Shown in pieces: positions 29,864 to 40,168 of a DNA stretch of 64,000 nucleotides (positions are counted from its first letter, which is position 1; each line of letters opens with the position of its first letter). The position numbers and the translations under genes were made by a program. The DNA is from an uncultured Gammaproteobacteria bacterium (GTDB taxonomy: Bacteria > Patescibacteriota > Microgenomatia > Levybacterales > GWA1-39-11). The stretch is taken from assembly GCA_964452165.1 (NCBI GenBank), contig CAYVKP010000001.1, forward strand, positions 490,729-554,728, in the 5' to 3' direction. The notes beneath the pieces are model-generated. The model did not search any database. It had not been told where the DNA came from and saw nothing but the letters and a program-made list of their open reading frames with translations.

Positions 29864-30990
29864 AAATTGGAATTGACTGCCGTCTTGCCAAACAAACCGG
29901 AGTAGGAAGATATACCAGAAATTTAATAATCAACTTATTAAAGCTGGATAAAAAAAATGAATATGTTTTGTTTGCTCGCGCAGAAGATGTTAGTGATGTT
30001 AAGAAGTTTGTTAAAAACGATATAAAAATCGTTACTTCAAATATACCCTGGCATGGATTCGCCGAGCAATTTGAATTTCCAAAGGTTTTAAATCGTGAGA
30101 ATTTGGATCTCGTTCATTTTCCATATTTCTCAGTGCCTGTTTTCTATTACAAGCCCTTTGTCGTAACGATTCACGACTTAATCGTCAACCGTTTTGCTAC
30201 GGGTCGCGCATCTACTCTTCCATATCCCGTTTATTTTGCCAAAAGAATGGGATATCAGGCGGTTATTGCTTCCGCAGTTTATCGTTCTACGAAAATAATT
30301 GTTCCTTCAAAGACGGTCAAAGCGGATTTATTGAAAAGCTACAGAAACGTTAATCCGTCCAAAGTGGAGGTCACTTATGAAGGGCCAATCGAAAATTCTT
30401 CTAAAACCAAAACAAAGCCGCGAGTTGAAGGAAAATATTTTTTGCGGGTCGGTAATTTTTATCCACACAAAAACGTTGAGAACTTAATAGCCGCATTTAA
30501 AGATTTTATTTTTGATAGCTACGATAATAAAGATGCAAGGCTGGTTTTAGTTGGGAAAAAAGATTATTTTTGGAATAAAATCTCAAACGTTATCAGTAGA
30601 TCCAATATAGAAAACAACATAGTATTCATTGATAACCCCTCAGATCAAGATCTTACAGCTCTTTATGAAAATGCCGTAGCTACAATTGTGCCATCTTTCA
30701 TGGAAGGATTTTCTCTGACCGCAGTTGAGGCAATGTTCTGCGGATCTTTACTGGTAGCATCTGACATTCCTGTTCATCGCGAGATCTGTGGTGATTCGGC
30801 GATATACTTTAATCCCAAAGATACCAACGACATGAGACAAAAAATAGGCTTTGCATTTTCTCTTGTAGAGTCTTCGCGAGAAGATCTTATAATACAAGCA
30901 AAGAAGCAGTCGGAAAAATTCTCGTGGTCAAAAATGGCGCAGGAGACTCTTAATATTTACGAATCCTCAGTTGTGGCCACGAGTAAGTAG
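29860..30990 (+). CDS. Glycosyltransferase group 1 (GT4)
   Basis: MKIGIDCRL...FLRVGNFYPHKN...VPSFMEGFSLTAVEAMFCGSLLVASDIPVHREICGDSAIYFNP. Confidence 0.75.
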   Translation: MKIGIDCRLAKQTGVGRYTRNLIINLLKLDKKNEYVLFARAEDVSDVKKFVKNDIKIVTSNIPWHGFAEQFEFPKVLNRENLDLVHFPYFSVPVFYYKPFVVTIHDLIVNRFATGRASTLPYPVYFAKRMGYQAVIASAVYRSTKIIVPSKTVKADLLKSYRNVNPSKVEVTYEGPIENSSKTKTKPRVEGKYFLRVGNFYPHKNVENLIAAFKDFIFDSYDNKDARLVLVGKKDYFWNKISNVISRSNIENNIVFIDNPSDQDLTALYENAVATIVPSFMEGFSLTAVEAMFCGSLLVASDIPVHREICGDSAIYFNPKDTNDMRQKIGFAFSLVESSREDLIIQAKKQSEKFSWSKMAQETLNIYESSVVATSK

Positions 30991-30997
30991 CGCTTTT

Positions 30998-31006
30998 TGC
31001 TATAAT
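30998..31006 (+). promoter_or_regulatory. Extended -10 element (TGCTATAAT) 7 nt upstream of the ATG at 31013
   Basis: The exact hexamer TATAAT is preceded by TGn. It lies inside the 3' end of the upstream GT4 gene. Confidence 0.3.
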
Positions 31007-31012
31007 CGCTCC

Positions 31013-32071
31013 ATGAAGGTTGCATTAGTTTACGATAGGGTAAACAAGTGGGGAGGGGCAGAGCGGGTAATTGTTGCTCTTCACAAGATTTTTCCTCAAG
31101 CAGCCCTATACACCTCAGTTTACAAAGAGAATCGTGCTTCTTGGGCAAAAAAAATCCCCGTTATTCCATCCTTTTTACAAAAAATTCCCTTTGCCACAGA
31201 ACATCACGAGGCACTCGGTGTATTAATGCCGATTGCTTTTGAATCTTTTAACTTTGATGGATATGATTTGGTTATCTCTCTAACCAGCGAGGCGGCAAAA
31301 GGGGTAATCACAAGACCGCCAACTCGTCACATCTCAATAATCTTGACTCCTACAAGATATTTATGGAGCGGATATAAAGATTATTTCTCAAACGAGTTAT
31401 TTAAGATGCTTGCCCTACCCGCAGTTGCGTATTTGAGGTTCTGGGACAAAATTGCGGCAAACCGTCCGGACAAACTTATCGCAATTTCAAAAACCGTTCA
31501 AAATAGAATTTCAAAATATTACGGCCTTCCATCGCAAATAATCTATCCTCCACTCATGATTAGAAGTGGGAAAATTAAGCCCGTTGATGGAAAATATTTT
31601 TTGGTTGTTTCGCGGCTTGTCCCCTATAAAAAAGTAGATTTGGCGGTTGCCGCGGCAAATAAGAGCGGCGTGCAGCTTAAAATAATAGGGACAGGAAATG
31701 AGCTTTCAAGGCTTAAGAAAATGGCGCGGTCTAATATTGAATTTTTAGGACAGGTTACAGATTCTGAGCTCAAGAAATATTACACGGAATCGAAGGCTTT
31801 AATTTTCCCCGGGATTGAGGATTTCGGTCTGACAATGGTTGAGGCCCAATCTTTTGGAAAACCCGTGATAGCCTATAGAGGCGGAGGAGCGGAGGAGATT
31901 ATAATAGATGGGGTGACGGGTAAATTCTTTGACAAGCAAAACTCGTCGGATTTGGCTCGCGTGTTGAAAAACTTTCGTCCAAAAAGCTATAATATATTCG
32001 CTTGTAAAAGAAACGCACGTCGTTTCTCATTTGAGTCGTTCAAACAAAAAATAAACGATATAATAAACTAA
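31013..32071 (+). CDS. Glycosyltransferase group 1 (GT4)
   Basis: MKVALVYDRVNKWGGAERV... (GT4 N-domain) and ...IFPGIEDFGLTMVEAQSFGKPVIAYRGGGAEEII. The start is chosen at the internal ATG rather than the upstream alternative start in the ORF track. Confidence 0.7.
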   Translation: MKVALVYDRVNKWGGAERVIVALHKIFPQAALYTSVYKENRASWAKKIPVIPSFLQKIPFATEHHEALGVLMPIAFESFNFDGYDLVISLTSEAAKGVITRPPTRHISIILTPTRYLWSGYKDYFSNELFKMLALPAVAYLRFWDKIAANRPDKLIAISKTVQNRISKYYGLPSQIIYPPLMIRSGKIKPVDGKYFLVVSRLVPYKKVDLAVAAANKSGVQLKIIGTGNELSRLKKMARSNIEFLGQVTDSELKKYYTESKALIFPGIEDFGLTMVEAQSFGKPVIAYRGGGAEEIIIDGVTGKFFDKQNSSDLARVLKNFRPKSYNIFACKRNARRFSFESFKQKINDIIN

Positions 32072-32079
32072 GTTAAAAT

Positions 32080-33162
32080 ATGAAAGCAGTAATTTTTGCA
32101 GGAGGCGTTGGGACAAGACTTTGGCCCATCTCAAGGAAAAATGCCCCAAAGCAATTTGAAAAAATATCAGGTGACAGTTCAACTCTTCAGCTTGCCGTAG
32201 AAAGGCTTTACCCTGACTTTGCACCTTCTGACATTTACGTCTCGACCGGCGATAAATACCGCGACATAGTGTACGAACAGCTTCCTCAAATTCCACGCGA
32301 GAACTTTATTTTTGAGCCCGAAGTAAGAGATGTTGGTCCGGCGGTTGCTGCGGCTTGTGCAATTGTTGGTAAGAATAATCCAAATGAGCCGGTGGCAATT
32401 ATTTGGAGCGACCATTTCGTCAAAAAAGAGAGAAGGTTTAGGGAAGTTTTGGGATTTGCCCAAGATTTGGTGCAGGAAAATCCCAAACTTTTGGTATTTA
32501 TAGGACAAAGGGCTAGATTCGCAAATCAGAATTTGGGTTGGCTCGAGTTTGGAGATGAAGTTAAAACAATTCGTGATACTAAAGTTTTTGCGTTTAAGCG
32601 CCTTGTTTATAGGCCCAGTCTTGAAGACGCGCAACGATATCTTGAATCGGATAATTTTGCCTGGAACCCCGGTTATTTTGTTACGACACCCCAATTTATT
32701 CTGGATTCTTACAAAGAATTTGCTCCAACAATTTGGGAAGGGGTAATGAAAATTCAAGAAGCCTTGGGAAGCGAGAGTTACGATAGGGTAATGAAGGAAG
32801 TGTATCCTGCTCTTGAAAAGATAAGCTTTGATAACGCCGTTTTGGAAAAACTCCCCACAGATAATGTATTGGTGATCGCAGCAGATCTTGGATGGAGCGA
32901 TGTGGGAGCGTGGGAAGCGCTTAAGGAAGCCCTTCAAATTGAGAGCTCGGAAAATGTAACTCGCGGAAAAGTTTTGCTTACGGATTCTTCGGACAATCTG
33001 GTTTTTAACTACACTGACCAGTTGACTACTGGAATAGACCTCGCCGGAATGATTGTGATAAATACGGACGACGTCTTGCTTATTTGTAATAAAAATTCCG
33101 TCCCCAAAATTAAAAAGTTGGTTGAGTCGCTCGCCGGGACTGAGCACGAGAATCTGACCTAG
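32080..33162 (+). CDS. manC: Mannose-1-phosphate guanylyltransferase (nucleotidyltransferase only, no cupin/PMI domain)
   Basis: MKAVIFAGGVGTRLWPISRKNAPKQFEKI is the typical ManC/GMPP N-terminus. Length is 360 aa. Confidence 0.7.
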   Translation: MKAVIFAGGVGTRLWPISRKNAPKQFEKISGDSSTLQLAVERLYPDFAPSDIYVSTGDKYRDIVYEQLPQIPRENFIFEPEVRDVGPAVAAACAIVGKNNPNEPVAIIWSDHFVKKERRFREVLGFAQDLVQENPKLLVFIGQRARFANQNLGWLEFGDEVKTIRDTKVFAFKRLVYRPSLEDAQRYLESDNFAWNPGYFVTTPQFILDSYKEFAPTIWEGVMKIQEALGSESYDRVMKEVYPALEKISFDNAVLEKLPTDNVLVIAADLGWSDVGAWEALKEALQIESSENVTRGKVLLTDSSDNLVFNYTDQLTTGIDLAGMIVINTDDVLLICNKNSVPKIKKLVESLAGTEHENLT

Positions 33163-33163
33163 T

Positions 33164-33802
33164 ATGTTCTACAATTTTGTAAAGCGAATACTTGATGTCT
33201 TTCTCTCTCTGATACTTCTGGTTTTCTTTTCTCCTCTAATTCTCGTTACGGCACTTGCCATAAAGCTCAATTCTCCCGGGCCAATCCTGGCGGACACTCC
33301 GGCTCGAGTAGGAAAAAATGGGAAGCTCTTCAGAATGTATAAGTTTCGTTCAATGATTAAAAACGCGCATGAAATACTTGCAAGCGACCCCGAATTCAAA
33401 AAACTTTATGAAGAATACAAAAAGGGAGGATATAAATTACGAGGCGACCCAAGAATTACAAGAGTCGGAAGATTTATCAGAAAATATTCAATAGATGAAA
33501 TGCCCCAATTCCTCAACTCCTTGAAGGGTGACATGAGTATCGTTGGACCGCGAGCCTATTATCCGGATGAGCTTCGTGATCAACAAAAAGAGTATCCCAA
33601 CACAAAAGACGCCGTGAAAATTGTGCTTTCGGTCAAGCCCGGGATAACGGGTGTTTGGCAAGTAACCGGGCGTTCGGGAATCAATTTTGATAAGAGAATT
33701 CAGCTTGATGCGGATTATGCAACCCGAAGGTCAATACTCTACGACATTTATATAATGGCCAAAACGCCACTTGCCATGCTATCCGGAAAAGGAGCCATGT
33801 AG
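33164..33802 (+). CDS. Polyprenyl-phosphate hexose-1-phosphate transferase (bacterial sugar transferase family, monotopic PglC/WbaP-C-like)
   Basis: ILDVFLSLILLVFFSPLILVTALAIKL...GKLFRMYKFRSM...DEMPQFLNSLKGDMSIVGPRA. These are hallmark motifs of the initiating phosphoglycosyltransferase family. Confidence 0.8.
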   Translation: MFYNFVKRILDVFLSLILLVFFSPLILVTALAIKLNSPGPILADTPARVGKNGKLFRMYKFRSMIKNAHEILASDPEFKKLYEEYKKGGYKLRGDPRITRVGRFIRKYSIDEMPQFLNSLKGDMSIVGPRAYYPDELRDQQKEYPNTKDAVKIVLSVKPGITGVWQVTGRSGINFDKRIQLDADYATRRSILYDIYIMAKTPLAMLSGKGAM

Positions 33803-33911
33803 GGTCCCTGAGTGCAAGCTGAGGACGCTCCGGTATATTTGCATTTTGGTCAAAAGTTTGTTTTAATTAATTTTGTGGTTTGAAAAGGCCAGTTTTGGGC
33901 AGGCCTTATTT

Positions 33912-35879
33912 ATGGAAGAATCCGGTTTTAAGAAAATTGATCTAAATCCTGCGCCGTCAGGGCAACCCGCAAAAGCTTCAGAACCGGCTCCAGCAAGTAT
34001 ATTTGACACTAAAATGAGTAAAAAAAGATTCAAATTCGGCAAAAAGGGAATAGGCGCAGTTGGGATAATTGTTATCCTACTGGTCATATTGGGAGCCTAT
34101 CTTGCATTCCAGGTAGTCGCCTTGGCTGCTCAAGCAAAGGCGGTATATACCCAAGCAAAAGCGGCGGGGGCTGCCGCAAAAACACAGAATGTGGTTTTAG
34201 CAAGAGAACAGCTCGTTAAAACTCGTGATCAAGCCGAAAAACTTCAAAAACAAATTGGCGGAGTCGCTGTTTTTCATTTCATTCCATTCCTGGGTGGATA
34301 TATATCAGACGCAGACCACATGGTCTCAGCAGGAATTCACGGTATCAACGCCGGAATAATTACCACAGATTCGTTAATTCCATACGCAGATGTCCTAGGT
34401 CTTAAAGGAGAGAAGAGCTTCTCGGGTGGATCGGCCGAGGAGCGTATTAGAACCGCTATCAAGACGCTTGACAAGGTTGTTCCAAAGATTGACGATATAG
34501 ATCGCGAGATGCAGGCAGCCAAGAAGGATATGGACAAGGTTAATCCCGGTCACTATCCCAACTTCTGGGTTTTCAAAAAAATAAGAACTCAAGTTGTTAC
34601 AGCCAAAACTCTGGTAGACGACGGTGTTTTAGCAGTTAATGAAGGAAAGCCTCTTATTAAGGTTTTGCCGGAGTTACTCGGAGCAAACAAGGCTAAGAAA
34701 TATCTCGTTCTTTTTCAGAATGATAAGGAGCTTCGTCCAACCGGAGGATTCTTAACTTATTATTCAATATTCAGAATTGATCAGGGCGTAATACACATTG
34801 ATAGCTCATCTGATATTTATGCTCTTGATAATAGTATCTCCTATCACCCAACAGCGGATCCCATTATTCTAAAATACTTACCCAAGGTTCCAACTCAAAA
34901 TATTCGCGACATCAATCTTTCTCCTGATTTTCAAAAATCTATGGATGCATTCAGAACTTATTATGGCAAATCAACACAAAAAACTGAGGTTGACGGAATT
35001 ATCGGCCTGGATACTCAATTTCTCGTACATATAATTAAGATCCTTGGCGGAGTTCAGGCTGACGGCCAGAATTTCACGGCGGACAACGATGCTGGCTGTA
35101 ATTGTCCTCAGGTTGTTTATCAGCTTGAGCAAAACACAACGGAAATTGTCAATTATGTTAAGACAAACAGAAAAGGGATTGTAGGAGATCTTCTTTATGC
35201 AACAATGCAAAAAGCGCTGGGTGTATCGCCTAAAATTTACTGGGGACCACTTTTCCAGGCGGCAATAGCCGACGCCAATGAGAAACATATTTTATTCTCA
35301 CTTAATGACCAAAATGCTCAAAGCGGTATCAATTCTCTCGGCTGGGCCGGACAGATTAAAAACTTTAACGGAGACTACCTTCATATAAATGACGCCAATT
35401 TTGGAGGAGCAAAATCCAATATGTATATTCAACAATCCGTTCGCGTTGATTACGCTGTTGCATCAGGCGGCGATATTCAAAAGACTGTTGCAATAGAATA
35501 TAAAAATCCTCAGAAATATTCCGATTGTAGCTTGACTACCCAGGGTGGCCTTTGTCTTAATGCGATACTTCGCAACTTCCAAAGATTTTATGTTCCAAAA
35601 GGTTCAACCCTTATCTCAAGTAAGGGGTCTCAAGTTAAGGTAACAACAGTTGATGATCTTGATAAAACTGCCTTTGAATCATTCTTCACCGTTAATCCAC
35701 TTGGTAAAGCAACAATGACCTACGTTTATAAGCTTCCATTTAAGGCGAGTGGAAATCTACCCGTGCTTATTCAAAAACAGCCGGGAGTTGAAGTGGTTCC
35801 GTTTGAAATATATGTTAATAACCAAAAAGTTGATTCATTTGATCTCAAGCAAGACCGAGTCTTAAATATTAAGATTTAA
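33912..35879 (+). CDS. Membrane-anchored extracytoplasmic protein, DUF4012-like
   Basis: Single N-terminal TM (AVGIIVILLVILGAYLAF) followed by a ~600-aa exported domain. The motif NDKELRPTGGFLTYYSIF resembles the ELRPTGGF signature I recall for DUF4012. Start is at ATG 33912; the ORF track starts at an upstream TTG at 33873. Confidence 0.4.
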   Translation: MEESGFKKIDLNPAPSGQPAKASEPAPASIFDTKMSKKRFKFGKKGIGAVGIIVILLVILGAYLAFQVVALAAQAKAVYTQAKAAGAAAKTQNVVLAREQLVKTRDQAEKLQKQIGGVAVFHFIPFLGGYISDADHMVSAGIHGINAGIITTDSLIPYADVLGLKGEKSFSGGSAEERIRTAIKTLDKVVPKIDDIDREMQAAKKDMDKVNPGHYPNFWVFKKIRTQVVTAKTLVDDGVLAVNEGKPLIKVLPELLGANKAKKYLVLFQNDKELRPTGGFLTYYSIFRIDQGVIHIDSSSDIYALDNSISYHPTADPIILKYLPKVPTQNIRDINLSPDFQKSMDAFRTYYGKSTQKTEVDGIIGLDTQFLVHIIKILGGVQADGQNFTADNDAGCNCPQVVYQLEQNTTEIVNYVKTNRKGIVGDLLYATMQKALGVSPKIYWGPLFQAAIADANEKHILFSLNDQNAQSGINSLGWAGQIKNFNGDYLHINDANFGGAKSNMYIQQSVRVDYAVASGGDIQKTVAIEYKNPQKYSDCSLTTQGGLCLNAILRNFQRFYVPKGSTLISSKGSQVKVTTVDDLDKTAFESFFTVNPLGKATMTYVYKLPFKASGNLPVLIQKQPGVEVVPFEIYVNNQKVDSFDLKQDRVLNIKI

Positions 35880-35882
35880 TAA

Positions 35883-36413
35883 ATGCGTTATCTTAAAGAT
35901 ACTGCCTTCATTCTGAGACGCATTAACTTTGGTGATTCGGATCGCTACATTACTCTCTTCACAAAAAACCACGGCAAGATTGAAGTTGTGGCAAAAGGTG
36001 TTCGTAAGATTACTTCACGACGCGCCCCATCAATTGAGCTTTTCAACATGGTTGAGTTTCAAGCTATCAAAACTCAAAAGAATTACATTTTGACTGAAGT
36101 CAAGCTTGTCTCATCCTTTGAACATCTCAAGAAAGAGCTCAAACATATAGAGAAAGTTTTTCTTATGTGTGAATTGATAGATGCGGTTATGGCAGACGGA
36201 GTCCGCCACGTGGACGTTTTTGATCTTCTCGAGCGAGCAGGAGAAAAGATTTCCGACAATGAAAAGAATATGGCCTATTTTCAAGCAAAACTCCTGTCGC
36301 TTCTTGGGTTTTGGGATGGAAAAGCGGCTTTTAAGAATGATGATCATGTGCGCCAAGTAGTAGAGCAGGTAATTGAAAGAAAATTGAAAAGTCCCGCAGC
36401 CTTCTCCGCCTAA
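35883..36413 (+). CDS. recO: DNA repair protein RecO (short form)
   Basis: AFILRRINFGDSDRYITLFTKNHGKIEVVAKGVRK matches the RecO N-terminal OB-fold consensus. Confidence 0.55.
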   Translation: MRYLKDTAFILRRINFGDSDRYITLFTKNHGKIEVVAKGVRKITSRRAPSIELFNMVEFQAIKTQKNYILTEVKLVSSFEHLKKELKHIEKVFLMCELIDAVMADGVRHVDVFDLLERAGEKISDNEKNMAYFQAKLLSLLGFWDGKAAFKNDDHVRQVVEQVIERKLKSPAAFSA

Positions 36414-36437
36414 ATAGTAATTAATCCTCAAAAGCAG

Positions 36438-36443
36438 TATAAT
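36438..36443 (+). promoter_or_regulatory. Putative -10 (TATAAT) for the R-M operon, only ~10 nt upstream of the hsdR ATG (near-leaderless transcript)
   Basis: Exact TATAAT at 36438..36443; hsdR ATG at 36454. Confidence 0.25.
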
Positions 36444-36453
36444 TTACCCACGC

Positions 36454-38673
36454 ATGGCAGTAGAAACTGATGCAAGAATAATAATTGATCGACTTCTTCG
36501 TGAAGCAGGTTGGGATATTGAGAATAAACAAATAGTTTCAACAGAAGAGCCGGCAGCAGACGGGAGAGCAGACTACCTGTTAAAAGATCAGCATGGGAGG
36601 CCGCTTGCAGTAATCGAAGCAAAGAGATTTTCTATAGAGCCAAACCGAGCCCAAGAACAAGCAAAAGATTATGCTATTTCTATATCTGCGCCTTATGTTT
36701 TTTTATCAAATGGAGAAGTAATCTATTTCTGGGATTATAAAAATCACGCTGCAAGGTTAGTAGATACTTTTTATTCAAGAGAAGACCTGGAAAGAAAATA
36801 CGCTCTTTCTAAAAACCTAACACCACTAACCGAAGTATCAATACCTTCGAGCTTTCTATATTTAAACGATGAAATTACCGTTAGGCCCTACCAGGTTGAT
36901 GCCATAAAGGCTGTTGATAAAGCAATCGAATCTGGAAAAAGAAGAATGCTAATAGAGATGGCTACTGGAACAGGTAAGACTCTAACGGTGGCAATTATAA
37001 TGAAGAGACTTTTTGAGTCGGGTTTAGTTCAACGAGTTTTATTTTTGGTCGACAGAAAGCAGCTTGCAGAGCAAACAAAAGACGTTTTTACAGAGTACTT
37101 AAGAGAAACTCCATCGAAAGTTTGGTATGGTGGAAAGCCGAAAGAGCTAGGTCAGATCGTTATTGGGACGCTTCCAACGATTGCATCTCAGCTTGAGCGT
37201 TTTGGTCCAGGGCACTTTGATTTGGTTGTGACGGATGAGTGTCACAGGTCAATTTATAATATTTACCGTGAGTTACTCAATCATTTTGATGCTTTGCATA
37301 TTGGCATGACTGCAACTCCAAATCTTGGTCAGTACGAATTCGTAAATGAAAAGGAAAAAAGGTTAGTGAGAAATACCTACGAATTTTATAAGTGCTGGAA
37401 TCATGCTACTAAAATCGGCGAACCAACTTTTGCTTATGGAATCGTTGAGGGAATAAAAGACGGTTTCCTCGCAAATTACCAAATTTATTTGGCTAAGTCG
37501 AGAATTACATCTGAGGGTGTGACATATGAAGGAGTTGACTATAAGCCCTCAGAGCTTGAAAGGACTATCACGATTGAGTCCCGTAATAAGCTGATGGTTC
37601 AGGAGTTTGCAGAAATGGAGAAGCAGCGGGGTGGAGATCATCTTAGGAAGACAATTCTTTTCGCCGTTACAAAAAACCATGCCGCACAGCTTAAAAGATT
37701 TTTTGATGAAGAATTCCCAGAATATACGGGTGATTATGCAAAGATCATTACTTCCGATACTCCTAATCCCGGACAAATCCTGAAGGATTTTGAAAAACAG
37801 CAATTTCCGGTATGCCTTATTTCTGTCGGAATGCTTGATACCGGAATTGATGCGCCAAACGTTGAAAACCTTGTCATGATGCGCCCAACTGTCTCAGCTG
37901 TCCTTTATCAGCAAATGCGCGGACGCGGAACTCGTAAAGATCCCAAAATTGGAAAAGAGTCATTTCTTATTTATGATTTTGTAGGAAATGCAGAGAAGTT
38001 TAATGATCCCATGCTTGAAAACGCAGTTCCCGGGGAAAGCCATCTGTCCGTTGGATTATTTGATGCCATAGAGAAAGAAGAAGAAAAGAGAAAGAAAGAA
38101 TTCGTTGTAGTTAAAGAGCATGAACTGACTGATGAAATGCAGACAAGGCAAATGATTCATGTTGGTCCAGAAGGTATGGCGATCGACAGGCAGAATTATA
38201 AAGAAAAATTTAAAGAGACTGTATCAAGTATGGAAGATGATGAAACAATTCAAAAAATACTCACAGATAAGGTATTGGATCAGGGAGAGATTAATGAATT
38301 AGCGAGAAAACTAAATCAACCAGAGGATTACTTTAATGAAGATAACCTTAAAGACGCTTACGGAGAGCCTTCGGGTTCATTGGTGGACTTTATAAAGGCT
38401 GCGTTCGGTAAATACAGGTTTCCAACTAAAAGAGAGCGTGTAAATAAAAACTTTGATTCCTGGTTGAGACAAAAGAATTTTAATATCGACCAAATTTCAT
38501 TACTATCACAACTTAAAAACAGGTTTGTAGCAGGAGATATTGAGATAACTGCCGAGGACTTTACAAAGCCTCCGCTTAGAGAACAAGGAGGCATACAGAA
38601 GGCCGTTTCTTTATTTGGGGAGCAGGGATTGAGACAGACACTGGAAGAGCTTAATGAAACAGTACTGAATTAA
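36454..38673 (+). CDS. hsdR: Type I restriction enzyme R subunit (HsdR-like; N-terminal PD-(D/E)xK nuclease + SF2 helicase), compact 739 aa
   Basis: HsdR_N-type start IIIDRLLREAGWD...DYLL...PLAVIEAKR (D..EAK). Helicase motifs: I MATGTGKT, II DECHRS, VI QMRGRGTR. Confidence 0.7.
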   Translation: MAVETDARIIIDRLLREAGWDIENKQIVSTEEPAADGRADYLLKDQHGRPLAVIEAKRFSIEPNRAQEQAKDYAISISAPYVFLSNGEVIYFWDYKNHAARLVDTFYSREDLERKYALSKNLTPLTEVSIPSSFLYLNDEITVRPYQVDAIKAVDKAIESGKRRMLIEMATGTGKTLTVAIIMKRLFESGLVQRVLFLVDRKQLAEQTKDVFTEYLRETPSKVWYGGKPKELGQIVIGTLPTIASQLERFGPGHFDLVVTDECHRSIYNIYRELLNHFDALHIGMTATPNLGQYEFVNEKEKRLVRNTYEFYKCWNHATKIGEPTFAYGIVEGIKDGFLANYQIYLAKSRITSEGVTYEGVDYKPSELERTITIESRNKLMVQEFAEMEKQRGGDHLRKTILFAVTKNHAAQLKRFFDEEFPEYTGDYAKIITSDTPNPGQILKDFEKQQFPVCLISVGMLDTGIDAPNVENLVMMRPTVSAVLYQQMRGRGTRKDPKIGKESFLIYDFVGNAEKFNDPMLENAVPGESHLSVGLFDAIEKEEEKRKKEFVVVKEHELTDEMQTRQMIHVGPEGMAIDRQNYKEKFKETVSSMEDDETIQKILTDKVLDQGEINELARKLNQPEDYFNEDNLKDAYGEPSGSLVDFIKAAFGKYRFPTKRERVNKNFDSWLRQKNFNIDQISLLSQLKNRFVAGDIEITAEDFTKPPLREQGGIQKAVSLFGEQGLRQTLEELNETVLN

Positions 38674-40167
38674 ATGACAAAACAAGAATTATTAAATACA
38701 GTAGATAAGCTTGCGGATGTTTTCAACGGCGCAGGAATTACGAATCCAATTACTTATATTGAGCAAATTAATTTCCTGTTTTTCCTAAAAATGCTTGAAG
38801 AATGGGATGATTCAAATACCTTAGCTGCAAAACTATCTGGTAGAATCTCTGCTCCGATTTTTACAGGGACAGGCGAGCCATTCCGTTGGTCTTCTTGGTC
38901 ACAAATTCCAAATAACGAGCGAATGTTTCAGTTTCTCAGAGATGAAGTTCTAAAATTTATCGAAAATATCCCTAACAGGTCAGACATAAAAAGATTCTTT
39001 GCTGATGTCCGCTTTATGGTTCCAGATCCTATAACTTTGCGCGAGGTTGTAGACTTAATTTCTCCAATTAATTTTTCACAAATTGACGCCGATGTTAAAG
39101 GAGATGTATACGAACATTTAATCGGTAAGCTTGCAACGTCGGGAAGAAACGGACAATTTAGAACTCCTCGCCATATTATTCGTACTATTGTCCAAATGGT
39201 AGATCCAAAACTTGGGCAAACAATTCTTGATCCTGCAGCTGGAACAGGTGGATTCTTACTTGCGGCGTTCGAATATATAAAAGCGAATAATTCAGATAAG
39301 CCAGAGGAAGTAGTAACAGAAAGCGGAAGTAAATATTTAAGAGGACACGGAGACAATTTAAGCGAAAAAGATTGGAATAAATTGCAAAAAGAAACGTTTT
39401 GGGGATTTGATGTGTCACCAGATATTGCAAAAATTGCACTCATGAATATGATATTGCACGGACTTGATGCTGGTAATATATATAGACGCGATTCACTCGC
39501 AGGTGCATCAGATAAATTCGAGACCATGAGTTTTGATGTTGTTCTTGCAAATCCTCCATTTTCAGCAGATGTTGCAATTGAAAGATTGCGTCCAATTTTA
39601 CCAATCCAGGCAAAAGATACGACAATCCTGTTTTTGGGTTTAATGGTTGATTCACTAAAGCCTGGTGGAGTGTGCGGTGTCATTGTGAATGAAGGAGTTC
39701 TTTTTGGAAGGAATAATGCCGCACTTCAGATTAGAAAATACATCCTTGATAAAACAGAGCTCCAAGCTGTAGTTTCTCTGCCTCAGGGAGTTTTCAATCC
39801 CTATGCGGGAGTTAAAACAAGTTTTCTGATTTTCAAAAACACCGGGAAGCCAACAGATAAAGTTTGGTTTTATGAAGTGGGAAGCGATGGCTATTCAACC
39901 GGTGCAAATAGAAGGCCACAACCAGAGAAGAATGATCTACCAGATTTGTTAGAAAAATGGCCAGAAAGAAAAATATCTGAGAAAAGTTGGATAGTTGAAA
40001 GAAAACAAATTGAAGAAAATGATTTAATTCTCTCCGCCAGCGCCCACAAGCCTGCAGGAGCAGATTCAAATAAAATCCACCGTGACCCAAAAGATATTTT
40101 GGAAGAAATTGACTTATTAACGATACAAATAGAAGATCAAAGGGACAAGATTAAGGATTTAATATGA
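38674..40167 (+). CDS. hsdM: Type I restriction-modification system M subunit (N6-adenine DNA methyltransferase)
   Basis: ILDPAAGTGGFLLAA (AdoMet motif I) and VLANPPFS (motif IV NPPF). Confidence 0.85.
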   Translation: MTKQELLNTVDKLADVFNGAGITNPITYIEQINFLFFLKMLEEWDDSNTLAAKLSGRISAPIFTGTGEPFRWSSWSQIPNNERMFQFLRDEVLKFIENIPNRSDIKRFFADVRFMVPDPITLREVVDLISPINFSQIDADVKGDVYEHLIGKLATSGRNGQFRTPRHIIRTIVQMVDPKLGQTILDPAAGTGGFLLAAFEYIKANNSDKPEEVVTESGSKYLRGHGDNLSEKDWNKLQKETFWGFDVSPDIAKIALMNMILHGLDAGNIYRRDSLAGASDKFETMSFDVVLANPPFSADVAIERLRPILPIQAKDTTILFLGLMVDSLKPGGVCGVIVNEGVLFGRNNAALQIRKYILDKTELQAVVSLPQGVFNPYAGVKTSFLIFKNTGKPTDKVWFYEVGSDGYSTGANRRPQPEKNDLPDLLEKWPERKISEKSWIVERKQIEENDLILSASAHKPAGADSNKIHRDPKDILEEIDLLTIQIEDQRDKIKDLI

Positions 40168-40168
40168 T

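Noticed and set aside
32179-33147. 322-aa minus-strand ORF
   Set aside because: It lies entirely antisense to the well-supported manC gene (strong N-terminal nucleotidyltransferase motif on the + strand). Its translation is low-complexity with no motifs, so it is a shadow ORF.
38928-39683. 251-aa minus-strand ORF (and the smaller ones at 39185, 39440, 39833)
   Set aside because: They are antisense to hsdM, whose AdoMet and NPPF motifs confirm the + strand coding frame.
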